Origin: Okamejei kenojei
Taxonomy: Eukaryota
Direction: 5' to 3'
Assembly (NCBI GenBank): GCA_035221665.1
Contig: CM069159.1
Location: forward strand, 22,258,001 to 22,322,000
DNA: 64,000 nucleotides
Part shown: positions 25,950 through 36,580 of the stretch, piece by piece
Layout of the letters: each line of letters starts with the position of its first letter
How positions within the stretch are numbered: the stretch's first letter is position 1
Translations under genes and position numbers: made by a program
The notes under the pieces: model-generated
Told to the model about the DNA's origin: nothing
The model's database searches: none
Seen by the model: only the letters and a program-made list of their open reading frames with translations

Positions 25950-26702
25950 CCACCAGGGGCGCCGCACAATTGGCAGCCTCGCAACAGTCTGTCTGTTTTG
26001 TCATCTTTTTTTTGTTATTTTTAGTGTGTTTTAAAAGTTTATGTAAATGTTCTCTGGTTTGTTTTATGTGGAGGAGGGGGAGGGGTTCGGGGGAACCCTT
26101 TAAGAAAAAATCTCTTACTCTGCCAGAGATGCGATTGTTTTCTGGGTCGTATCTCTGGTCGCTCTGCGGCCTGACATCGTGGAGCTGGAGGCCTCACTCG
26201 GGACTGACTTTGAGCCATACCGCGGGGTGTGGCTCATCGACTTACCATCGGAGCCGATCCCTTGCCTGGGTTCGCTCCCTCCGCGGCCTGCGGATTTTAC
26301 CATCGAGAGCTCGCAGTCTCGGGTAGAGACCATAGATGTCGGGAGCTCTTACGACGCAGAAGGTTTGACCAGCATCGACCCAGGGTCCGATCACCATCGC
26401 GGGGGGAGATTCCCCCCCGATGCTGGAGCTTGATCGCCCCGACGCGGAGGGAGAAAGATTGCCCCATCAACAGAAGGCTCGAGGCCCCAGACCTCGGGAG
26501 AACAAAGAAGGGAAGAGATTTAACTTTTTTTTTTTCCTTCCTTCACAGTGAAGAATATAGAGGAGTCACTGTGGTGGATCTTTACATTAAAATGTATTTT
26601 GGGTGTTATGTTGCTTTTTATTTGTATGACTGACTTGGCAAATGAAATTCCTCGTATGTTGCAAAACATACTTGGCTAATAACGTATTATTGTATTGTAT
26701 TG
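25950..26702 (+). mobile_element. CpG-rich non-coding retroposon with Rex1/Babar-like 3' tail and (TATTG)n end
   Basis: 3' end GGCAAATGAAATTCCTCGTATGTTGCAAAACATACTTGGCTAATAA resembles the Rex1/Babar 3' end at 62430-62480 (GGCAAATTCCTTGTATGTAAATACTTGGCCCATAAA). Confidence 0.6.
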
Positions 26703-26756
26703 CAACCTTAAAATTTCCTTTCCTTAATCCAGGCAATAAGTCAACAGAACCTATTT

Positions 26757-26930
26757 GCTATATTTAAGAGGGAGTTAGATGTGGCCCTTGTGGCTAAGGG
26801 GATCAGAGGGTATGGAGAGAAGGCAGGTACGGGATACTGAGTTGGATGATCAGCCATGATCATATTGAATGGCGGTGCAGGCTCGAAGGGCCGAATGGCC
26901 TACTCCTGCACCTAATTTCTATGTTTCTAT
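26757..26930 (+). mobile_element. CR1/HER1-like LINE 3' end (young)
   Basis: Near-identical reverse complement of 43024-43200. Confidence 0.9.
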
Positions 26931-28365
26931 TTTATGTTAAATTGTGGAAAGGAATTGTCCAAGGGGTACAAACCAGGATAAAAGGAAGGACCAAGTTCCC
27001 TTGGCAGAGTAGAAACCTCCAGGAGACAAAGATTTAAGGAAATTAGAGAGGTGAGTAACCTTTTTTTTCACCTGGAGGGGTAGTGAGGGCTCTGGGACTC
27101 ACTGCCTGTGGTGGAAGAGAGTAAGTCTTTGATAACACTTCAGAAATTCCATGGATGAGCCCTTGAACAGTTATCCGGCAAAGCTAAAGACTGAACTCAA
27201 ACATTCTTCTTAGCATTTTGACGAAAATGGCAAATGTTTTGTGGTCTTTCATTGACTTCAATTTTATTGACAGAAAACAGGAAAGCATCTGTGCAATTAT
27301 ATTTCTGTTAGAAAACATTCATATCACCTGAGAAAAATCGAGGCCTGGTGGATCTCCCAAATTCCAAATGGTTTAATTGCATTGTGCAGTCTGGTCCAGA
27401 GACCTGTCATTCATTGAGGTCTTGATTTGATGTTGATTTGCACTAAGTTACTAATCTCAGCTGAGATTTTAGGACTGATGTGATGAATGCAAAGTACCCA
27501 CGGTATCTCAAAATAACTGCATTGGACATTGGGTGAGGGAAGAAAATGGTATGGGGCGTTCCGTGAAATGAGCAGATAGTCTTTCCGTGAAATCCAGACT
27601 TATCAAGGTCTACCTAGAATTCACCTCCTCAGACAGCTTGGAGTAAAGACTGAATAGGAACACCCTTTGTTCCACACATCCCTCCTCTGCCTTCAATCCT
27701 ATGAAAACCAACATGCATTTCTCTCTTTCCCAGTTTTATCAAAGAGTCACAGAACTGAAACGTCAACTGTTTCCCTTTCCACACCTAGCCTGTTGAGTTC
27801 TTCCAGCATTTTCTGCTTTTGTTTCAGATGCCTAGCATTTGCTATTTTAATTTAATTTTCATGCATTCGGATGTATCTGTGGCATCAAGCAAGATGATGT
27901 CAGTCTGAGCAAACAAACAGCCAAGAGGATTTTTAGTCCAAAAATGTCTCCATAAAAAAAATATAAGTAAGACTTAAAATTGTGAATGAGTTGGGTTGCT
28001 GAGTTGGCCAGAGCTGGTGCATTTGGGATGATTGCCAAGTCAAAGAATTGATGATTTAACTTTGGTGACAATACATTTTTAATGAGGCCCATTTTCAATA
28101 TGGTCGTTATTGTGCAGTGCAATGATGAATTAATATTCTACTGTTGATTTTCTAGACTGATCAGGTATTTTTCATTCAGTTGATGCATGATTCTTCAGCA
28201 CGTTCTGCCACCTGCTGGCAAATCTGAGAACTTCTCAGAGTCCCAGATATTGGTTAGTTTCCAACTCTGAATGTCTTCCCTCACCCAATGCCCAATGCAG
28301 TTATTTTGAGATACTGCCGAAACATGGATACTTTGCACTCATCAAATCAGTCCCAACAGTTCAAA

Positions 28366-28575
28366 GTCAGACATACAAAGCTGGAGTAACGCAGCGGGTC
28401 AGGCAGCATCTCTGGAGAAAATGAATAGGTGATGTTTCGGGTCGAGACCCTTCTTCGGTGTAAAGAAGGGTCTGGACCCGAAATGTCACCTATTCCTTTC
28501 TTCCAGAGATGCTGGCTGGCCTGCTGAGATACTCCAGCTTCAGTTTAAACCAGCATCTGCAGTTCCTCCTTCCAA
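28366..28575. mobile_element. TSD-flanked palindromic Penelope-derived module
   Basis: Inverted arms meet at 28456-28460; 13-bp TSD CCAACAGTTCAAA at 28353-28365 and 28576-28588. Confidence 0.9.
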
Positions 28576-30810
28576 CCAACAGTTCAAAAGCAGGAGCTTG
28601 TGATGAAATGGATGGGAAAGAGATAGTAAAAGTAAGGAATTACCAGATCAGCAAGATAGGACTTCACAGTCACCAGGAAATAATCTGAACATCTATAGAA
28701 TTTATTAATTTAATTTTTCCTGAAACTTTTTTTATTTGCCTGTGTATTTTTAGAAAATACTTGCCTGTGCATAACACAACTGTGTTATTGTGCTCAACGT
28801 CATTCAATGTAATTGTGTTTACAAATTGGGTAAATGTCTGATTTAACTCCATTGAACATACAACTAGTTACTGCAACACAAACCTATTTTCATGATTTCA
28901 TAAGATATACCTCATAATGTGCTTGGTATTCAGGGACTTCCAACACATTTAATGCACCAAGGAAGAAGCAACTGTACAGTCAGCTGATGAGAACCTATAT
29001 TCTCAGGGCTCTGTAATCACATCTTCATCACTAGAGCCACTTGATATGTCACATCTCATGTGAAACACAAGTACCAAAACAGCTCCTAGAAATACCGTAT
29101 TTTGAGATGTAATCCTGAATCCATGATTATGTATTTTACACACAAACACTTTCCATCTTCATATCTGGTCAAAATGTGAAAATGCCCCAGTTTGTGACTT
29201 TATGATATAGTCATTTGTATTTTGTGGTTCAATTGAGTGTGGTTGCTGATCTGATAACCACTATTAACGTGTGGTTGCCAAATCAGCAACTTCTGTATTG
29301 GATGATTCAGAACTGAATCAGAGGGTTGGACATGGTTCATGCTCCACTGTAAAGATAGGCATCCAGCATTAACCAGTCATCTGTTGCTCCTGAGCCAGTC
29401 CCACTTCCCTGCCTCCTGCATAGATTTTCCTTATCCATTTTCCTCTTAAAGGTTTGATCACGATTGCCATTTGCAGTGAAGCATACCAAGTTCTTATAAT
29501 CCCTCACAAACACATAACCTCCTTTCTGTACAGGAGATAACTATCAGTTTCAATCTTGATGCTGACTTATGACCAGGGACAGCAACCTGCCATCTCTTCT
29601 CATTGTCACACTTCGATATAAGTGAGCGTACGGAAATGTCACAACAACCTCTGAAGTTCCACAAAATCTGATTAATGCGATGGAAACATCAGATTTCACG
29701 AGGGCATCAATAACGATCACTCGAATGTAAATCCACTCAAATCAACATTAGTCTGTGCACCGATTATGGCTGAATAAAAATGGAGAAAGGTGGTGAAGTG
29801 GTAAATGAGGAATAAAATACTGTTGCTGGCATTTGTCATGATTTGGAAATGCATGCAAAATACTTACAGTGCAGTTGTGAAAACATTAACATTTACAGCC
29901 TTAACTTCCAAATATTTTACACAGTAGCAGGAAACTGGAATGACTAGCATCTGTTCTTAATTGCACAAATGAGACATCTAAGCCATTCACCTCATGTTTG
30001 AACGTAATAAAATATATCTCCAGTGGAAGTCCTGCCCATCTGGAGATTGGATTGGGCACTCTGGGTACCATTTGTCAGCACCGCTGATGTATTTCCAGGA
30101 TCTTTCAAGCTTGTGATGATATCCTGACTCTGAGTGATGCTCACCTCTGTCTTTCCCGCAGAAATTGCACCATATTCAACTCACATTAAAGCAAGGAGCC
30201 AGCCTTGCAGTAGGCTGGCAAAGAGATTGTTCTCTGTGTATCTCAGCCCCAGCATGTATTGCTCGGCAGGGTTGATATACAATTTCCCAACACAATTTTG
30301 CGTTAGATGATTCAGAATTGGAGCTGGGGTTTAGGTAATTCATTCTCTATTGAAAAAAAATACTGGCAGCATGCCTTAATCATGGGAATTACAGCACTTG
30401 AAGGTCACTGCTCCTGTGCCAGTATATGTACTAATCCTACCTCTCAGCCTCAGTGGTTAATTGCTCAGCAGTTTTGATACACTACTGTTGGGTGTCCCAT
30501 TGCTTCCTGTAGTCATTTTAATGAACTCGCTCATCGATGCTGTGATGAGTCTCAGCTTCACAGTGGCACGGGGCCACAAGCAGGGCGGCAGTCAGAGCAG
30601 CGTACAGAGTTGTGAGAGGGTGTGTGGGGTGGCCCTGTTCAACAACCCCGCCCCCCCCCCCTTCCCCCCACCTCCCCCATTTTCTATCACCCCGTGGCAG
30701 AATGTTCCACAGCCAGTCTGCAGTGCTGCAGAGTCAGGATCTGATGCCTCCTATGACAACTTCTGATCAGATGATTCAGAACTGGAGCTGCGGGGTTTTA
30801 GGTAATTCTT

Positions 30811-31122
30811 TTCGACTTTCGACTTTAGAGATACAACATGGAAACAGGCCCTTCTGCCCACCGAGCCCGCGCTGACCAGTGATCACCCCGTACACTGACA
30901 CTATCCTACACACTTGGCCAATTTTACAACTTACCAAAGCCAATTAACCTGCAAACCTGCACATCTTTGGGGTGTGGGAGGAAACCGGAGCACCCGGAAA
31001 AAGCCCACGCAGTCACAGGGAGGATGTACAAATTACGTACAGACAGCGCCTACAGTCAGGATCAAACACGGGTCTCCGGCGCTGTAAGGCAGCAGCTCTA
31101 CCGCTGCACCACTGTTCCGCCC
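30811..31122 (-). mobile_element. HE1-like V-SINE
   Basis: Full head (GGGCGGAACAGTGGTGCAGCGGTAGAG), V-domain and tail. Confidence 0.9.
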
Positions 31123-31656
31123 CTAGTTCGATCGTCGTAGAAACGTGTGGCAGCAAGCCTTAATCTTAGGAATTGCAGCACGGAAGGAGGCCCTTGCTCC
31201 TGAGCCAGAACATGCCCTCATCCCATTTCCCTGCCTCTCCTGCAGGCTTCCCCTCACCAATTCCCAACTCAATTGCAAACGACACTCAATTTCCATCAGG
31301 AACTGCACGGCACCCATTTAAATCCAGAAATTGGGTGAAACCACCCTAATTATTTTTTAATTTGTTTTTCATTAACACAAGAATTTGGCATTGGTGCTGC
31401 ACACAGCAGGAATTTAGTGCAAACAGGGACAATTAGTAATCATAATCAAGCATACAATTTAAAGCAAATACAGCACCAGAAGAAGCTTCATTTTATAAAA
31501 ATGGGCTTCCTTCCAATACTACTCAACACTATCAACAGTGGTTCCTTATGAATAACTAAAAATTGGCTGAACCCATTGGATTTATGCAGACATAAATTGT
31601 TCTGCTTTTCCCACCACTTGCTGCTGCGTCATATAAATATTCACAAATGTTTTTTT

Positions 31657-31948
31657 TTAGTTTAGTTTAGTTTAGAGATACAGTGTGGATACAGGCCCTT
31701 TGGCCAACCAACGATCCCTGTACACTAGCACTATCCTATACACGGGAGACAATTTACAACTCTTACCGCAGCCAATTAACCTACAAATCTGTACATCTTT
31801 GGAGTGTGGGAGGAAACCGCAGTACCTGGGGAAAACCCACACAGTCACAGGGAGAATATACAACCTCCATACAGACAGCACTTGTAGACAGGATTGAACT
31901 CGGGTCTCTGGCCCTGTTAGGCAGCAACTCTACCACCCGCCACCATGC
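31657..31948 (-). mobile_element. HE1-like V-SINE
   Basis: (TTTAG)n tail, V-domain, B-box AGTTCAATCC. Confidence 0.88.
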
Positions 31949-32088
31949 TGACAATTCTGTTTTGATCATTGAGACAATAAAGTTCCCTCTTCCTGCAGTG
32001 ATTTTGTGATAAGATTACATCCCTTGGCTCCATGGCTGGAGGTTTCTCAAGGAGAAATTGGTGAACAACCAATGAAACCTAAATTGAA

Positions 32089-32280
32089 GATACAAGGAAC
32101 TGCAAATGCTGGTTTGCTAAAAAATACATAAACTGCTGAAGTAACTCAGGCGGGTCTGGCAGCATGAAAATGAATCAGTCTGAAGAAGGGTCCCAACCCA
32201 AAACATCACTTATTCATGTTCTCCAGAGATGCTGCAGACCCGTGAGTTACTCCAGAACTTTGTGTCATTTTTTTAAAGCT
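32089..32280. mobile_element. TSD-flanked palindromic Penelope-derived module
   Basis: 9-bp TSD TAAATTGAA at 32080-32088 and 32281-32289; hammerhead-like core at 32180-32207. Confidence 0.8.
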
Positions 32281-32470
32281 TAAATTGAATGCCGGACCCT
32301 GTTCACCATGTTCCAAAAGTGTCAATATGGTTTTCTATGGTGGCTTACAAATTGGCAAATAAAGGTTCATAAGTTAGTAAAATCGAAATTATGTTTTGTC
32401 ATGTAGCTAGAAGAATATTGCAAAACATTAAGGGTTAGTACATACGTAAACTATGTATATGTCGACTCAC

Positions 32471-32646
32471 CCAGTGTGTTCACAGTGACGACTTCGCTGA
32501 AGGGTCCTGTGCCAAGTTTATTCTGTGCTAGCACACTGAACTGATATGCAGTCTCAGCCTCCAGGCCCTCCACCAACAGCCAGGTAAGGCCTGCGGATAC
32601 AGGCAACGAAAGCCAGTCATGGGGTCCCAGCGTAGCCCTCTTTACC
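32471..32646 (-). CDS. IGSF9B: IGSF9B exon, FN3-1 second half (VKRATLGPHDWLSLPVSAGLTWLLVEGLEAETAYQFSVLAQNKLGTGPFSEVVTVNTL)
   Basis: Not in the ORF track. Acceptor GCCGCAG|G, donor CTGG|GTGAGT; 176 bp; FN3 motif L-x-x-x-T-x-Y-x-F-x-V-x-A-x-N-x-x-G. Confidence 0.95.
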
Positions 32647-33261
32647 CTGCGGCAAATGCAGAACTAGACAGTTAGCATCTGGTTTCAGCTGAGTCAAATG
32701 TTCAGGCCAGCTTGCAGTTGGAGAATGAAAAAAAGTGTTGTGGAATGAAACAGCATTGAAATCACAGACTCTATTGCGGCAAAGGTTCAAGGGGTACCTT
32801 TTCAGTTTCTTACTTCATTGATAAAAACACATTATTTTAATTAAGCACCATAGTTAAGATGCACTAAAGCATTTTTCCATTTGGTAGCTGAAGTTAACAG
32901 CAAAAGCTTCCATCAGTAACAGAATATCATCACCAATCCTCTAATCTACTCACTTCCAATCCCATATCAGCTCATAACATAATCTCTTCTCAGTGCCATT
33001 ACGCTGACACACAACCAGCCCCATACCCAGACTTTTTGATTCTAGTGACCAATATTAATTATTGGGGAGGATACATTCCTTCCTAACAATAAATAAATGT
33101 CAATTCCAATTCATGAATTTGCCTTTTAAAATTGAAAACACCAAAACCTTATTTATTCATGTGCAGGTCTTGGTTGAATTGTCGAACCATCCCTTTAATA
33201 AACAATTGGGAGTGAGCAGCCTTGTGGCAGTGTGTTTGCAGACATCGGAAATGCATCCTTA

Positions 33262-33678
33262 AGGGCCTGTCCCAGCAGCATGCAACTCCATGCGATGAGC
33301 GCGACCTAACATGGTCGCTTGAGCCGTCCGGCGTTGCGGGGCCGGTCCCACTTTGATCGCCGGAGCCGTGCGGAATTGTGCGGAGTTCGTCCCGACATCG
33401 CGCGGGGCTCCGAAAAACTGACCATGTTCAAAAATTCCGCGCGGCAACGGCTTGTCGGCTCGCAGTCGCCTCGACACATTACACACCGCCTCGACGTCGT
33501 GCCTCTGTTCCCCTCTCTGCGTGTCCCTCTCTGTCCTGGCAAACTTACCTTTAAGACTTCGCTCCAAGTTCGCCTCACTTTGCGCTGCGTTGCGTCACTC
33601 ACCCCACCTCCGCACGGCCCCCGCTGCCGGTTTGGTCGCGCTCACCACATGGAGTCGGATGCTGGTAGGACAGGCCCT
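33262..33678. mobile_element. PIF/Harbinger-type MITE (CpG-rich)
   Basis: ~49-bp imperfect TIRs starting AGGGCCTGTCC; TTA TSD at 33259-33261 and 33679-33681. Confidence 0.85.
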
Positions 33679-34275
33679 TTAGAGAATGTGCTTACGACGC
33701 ACCCACACAAAACAACCTGAGTTAATCTTCCCACATTGGAGCTCATTGTGTTTTGATGACTATTTTAAGGGGAAGAAGAGGGGAAATGAACCAGTTTAAG
33801 TTCAGTGAACCAAATACCTCCTATCTATGCAGTAGAATTCCGTGGACAGAGGGAATAAGTTGTTGGCAGAGAAATCCGTAGCTGGTGAGGTTGCAGGCTA
33901 AATCAGTAATGTAATGTTTACAGTATATCCAGGCCTGACTTTAATGGAACAAATGATCCATTTGTTATATTTACTTTTAAATACCAATTTCTGATTTACG
34001 ATTCAGGACACAGGGGCCTAGGTTACCTCGTTGTACATGCCAGATTAATTTAAACTCAAATGTTACGATTTATAGATTTTGTGAACAGAAATTACTCAGT
34101 AAACAATTTGATTATTTATCAGTCAAGCCATTTTTTTTGGCTGATAACTATTTAATAACGCTATTTATTTACACTCACAATGATATATTTCTGTGGGATT
34201 TGTTGACTGCACAGCAGTAAGAATGTACCAGTGCAGAACTGGCATTCTGGCTAATGTTAGGAAAAAGTTTCTTTT

Positions 34276-34995
34276 TTAGTTTAGTTTAGGGATTATGAGC
34301 GGAAACAGGCCCTTCGGCCCACCGAGTCTGGGCTGACCAGCGATCCCCGCACTCTGGAATTTAGAAGGATGAGAGGGAATCTTATTGAAATAGATAAGAT
34401 TATTAAGGGTTTGGATACACTAGAGGCAGGAAACATGTTCCTGATGTTGGGGGAGTCCAGAACCAGGGGCCACAGTTTAAGAATAAAGGATAAGCCATTT
34501 TAGAACGGAGATGAGGAAACACTTTTTCACACAGAGAGTTGTGAGTCTGTGGAATTCTCTGCCTCAGAGGGCTGTGGAGGCATGTTCTCCTGGATACTTT
34601 CAAGACAGAGCTAGATAAAGCTCTTAAAGATAACGGAGTCAGGGGACATGGGGAGAAGGCAGGAACAGGGTACTGATTGTGGATGATCAGTCATGATCAC
34701 ATTGAATGGCGGTGCTGGCTCGAAGGGCCAAACAGCCTACCCCTGCACCTACTGTCTATTGTCTATGAACGCTACCCTACACACACTCGGGGCAATTTTA
34801 CACGTATAACTAGCCAATTAACCTACAGACCTATACGTCTTTGGAGTGTGGAAGGAAACCAATGATCTTAGAGAAATCCCACGCGGGCTTTGGGAGATCG
34901 TACAAACAGCACTCATAGTTGGGATCGAACCTGGGTCTCCAGCACTGCAAGCGCTGTAAGGCAGCAACTCTACCGCTGCGCCACCGGGCCGCCCC
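34276..34995 (-). mobile_element. HE1-like V-SINE split by a CR1 insertion
   Basis: SINE tail at 34276-34353, body and head at 34768-34995 with intact A/B boxes. Confidence 0.85.
34352..34766 (+). mobile_element. CR1/HER1-like LINE 3' fragment nested in a SINE
   Basis: CTGGAATTTAGAAGGATGAGAGGGAATCTTATTGAAA...GAATGGCGGTGCTGGCTCGAAGGGCC...CTATTGTCTATG. Confidence 0.9.
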
Positions 34996-35093
34996 GTTTA
35001 CTTCAAGTTGCAATGTACAGTACACACAGGGTGAAGGCACACAGCTCACTCCATACTTGCCTCCCTAGTGTTCATACTGCTCACACACAGTAA

Positions 35094-35547
35094 AGGGGCT
35101 GTCCCACTGCGGCGGCAATAATTGGCGAGTTTAGAAGAGTTTAGGAGAGTTTGAAAAAATGTCACGTTGAAGACCTCCTTCGACTATGTAGACCACCTCC
35201 TACGACCTCCTTCGACTATGTTGAAGATTAGCTTTGGCTACCTTCGATTACCTTTGACTACCATCGACTACCTACGAATAACATGCCGACCTACTTTGAC
35301 TAAACCTACCAGTACAAAAAGTATCGATTTTTTCCATGGTGACCTTTGTTTACTCGCAGGCATTTTTCAACATGTTGAAAATTATGCCACGACCTAGCTG
35401 AGGCCTTGAGTATGCGGGGACTACTCTCGAGCATGAAGGAGAGTTACAAAGACCTCCTAGGACCTCGTTATGACCATGCTGCGAGTATGAGTCAAGGGCA
35501 AACTCGCCAGAACTTGTGGATTTGGTCGCCGCAGTGGGACAGCCCCT
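35094..35547. mobile_element. PIF/Harbinger-type MITE, same family as 8249
   Basis: TIR AGGGGCTGTCCCACTGCGGCG / CGCCGCAGTGGGACAGCCCCT; flanks TAA/TTA; body aligns with 8249-8812 but has fewer internal repeats. Confidence 0.85.
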
Positions 35548-35816
35548 TTATACAGAACAATCTCTCTCTCAGAGATACTGAACCAGTTCACCAGCAGATT
35601 CATTGGTATGTGTATAATCTCCAGATTTGTGCTGCCTTTTACTAAGTGGACACTAAAGATTAGTGTCGATGATGAAAATGAGTAAAGTAACTTAAATCAA
35701 TGTGTAATAGGGAAATGCTTTCAAAGTTGAAGGCACTGTCATGTATTGGGATATGGGCTGAACACAGGCAGGTGGGACGAGTGTAGATGGAATCTCATTG
35801 TTTAAGATAATGAGTT

Positions 35817-36580
35817 AAAGAAGGAACTGCAGATGCTGGGGAATCGAGGGTACACAAAAGGCTGGAGAAACTCAGCGGGTGCAGCAACATCTAAGGAGCG
35901 AAGGAGATAGGCAACGTTTCGGGTCGAGACCCTTCTTCAGACTGGTCAGGGATCAGGGAAACGAGAGATATAGACGGTGATGTGGAGAGATAAAGAACAA
36001 TGAATGAAAGATATGCAAAAAAGTATCGATGATAAAGGGAACATACCATTGTAAGCTGTTTGTAGTGTGAAAATGAGAAGCTACTGCGACTAGGGTGGGG
36101 GAGGGAGATGGAGAGAGAGGGAATGCCAGGGCCCGAGGGCTGAGGGAGAGGTGGGAAGGGGCGGAGACAGCAAGGGTTAACAGAATTGAGAAAATTCAAT
36201 GTTCAAGCCCAGAGGATGCAGACTCCCCAAGCGGAATATGAGGTGCTGTTCCTCCAACTTGCGGTGTTGCTCCCTCTGGCCGTGGAGGAGGCCCAGGACC
36301 GAGAGGTCGGGTACTGAATGGGAGGGGGAGTTGAAATGCTGAGCCACCGGGAGGTCGGGTTGGTTATTGCGGACCGAGCGGAGGTGTTCGGCGAAACGAT
36401 CGCCAAGCCTCCGCTTGGTCTCACCAATATAGGTCATCTGGCATCTGGAGCAGCGGATGCAGTAGATGAGGTTGGAGGAGGTGCAGGTGAACCTCTGTCG
36501 GACCTGGAAGGACTGCTTGGGTCCCTGAAAGGAGTGGAGGGGGGAGGTGAAGGGACAAGTGTAGCATTTCTTGCGGTTGG
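35817..36580 (-). mobile_element. 5'-truncated Penelope-like element (GIY-YIG endonuclease C-terminus + 3' UTR)
   Basis: ORF YIGETKRRLGDRFAEHLRSVR...VAQHFN...GLN; TGAGTT repeated at 35811-35816 and 36581-36586. Confidence 0.9.
35913..35940 (-). ncRNA. Minimal hammerhead-like motif
   Basis: CTGAAGAAGGGTCTCGACCCGAAACGTT on the minus strand. Confidence 0.55.

Noticed and set aside
30113-30135. C/D box snoRNA-like TGATGA...CTGA
   Set aside because: Boxes are too close together, with no terminal stem or guide evident.
33259-33720. CpG island or promoter, or 133-aa Arg-rich gene
   Set aside because: Fully bounded by MITE TIRs and TSD; the ORFs reflect GC richness.
34920-34995. tRNA gene (intact A and B boxes)
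   Set aside because: It is the head of a V-SINE continuing into the V-domain; the same applies to the other SINE heads.
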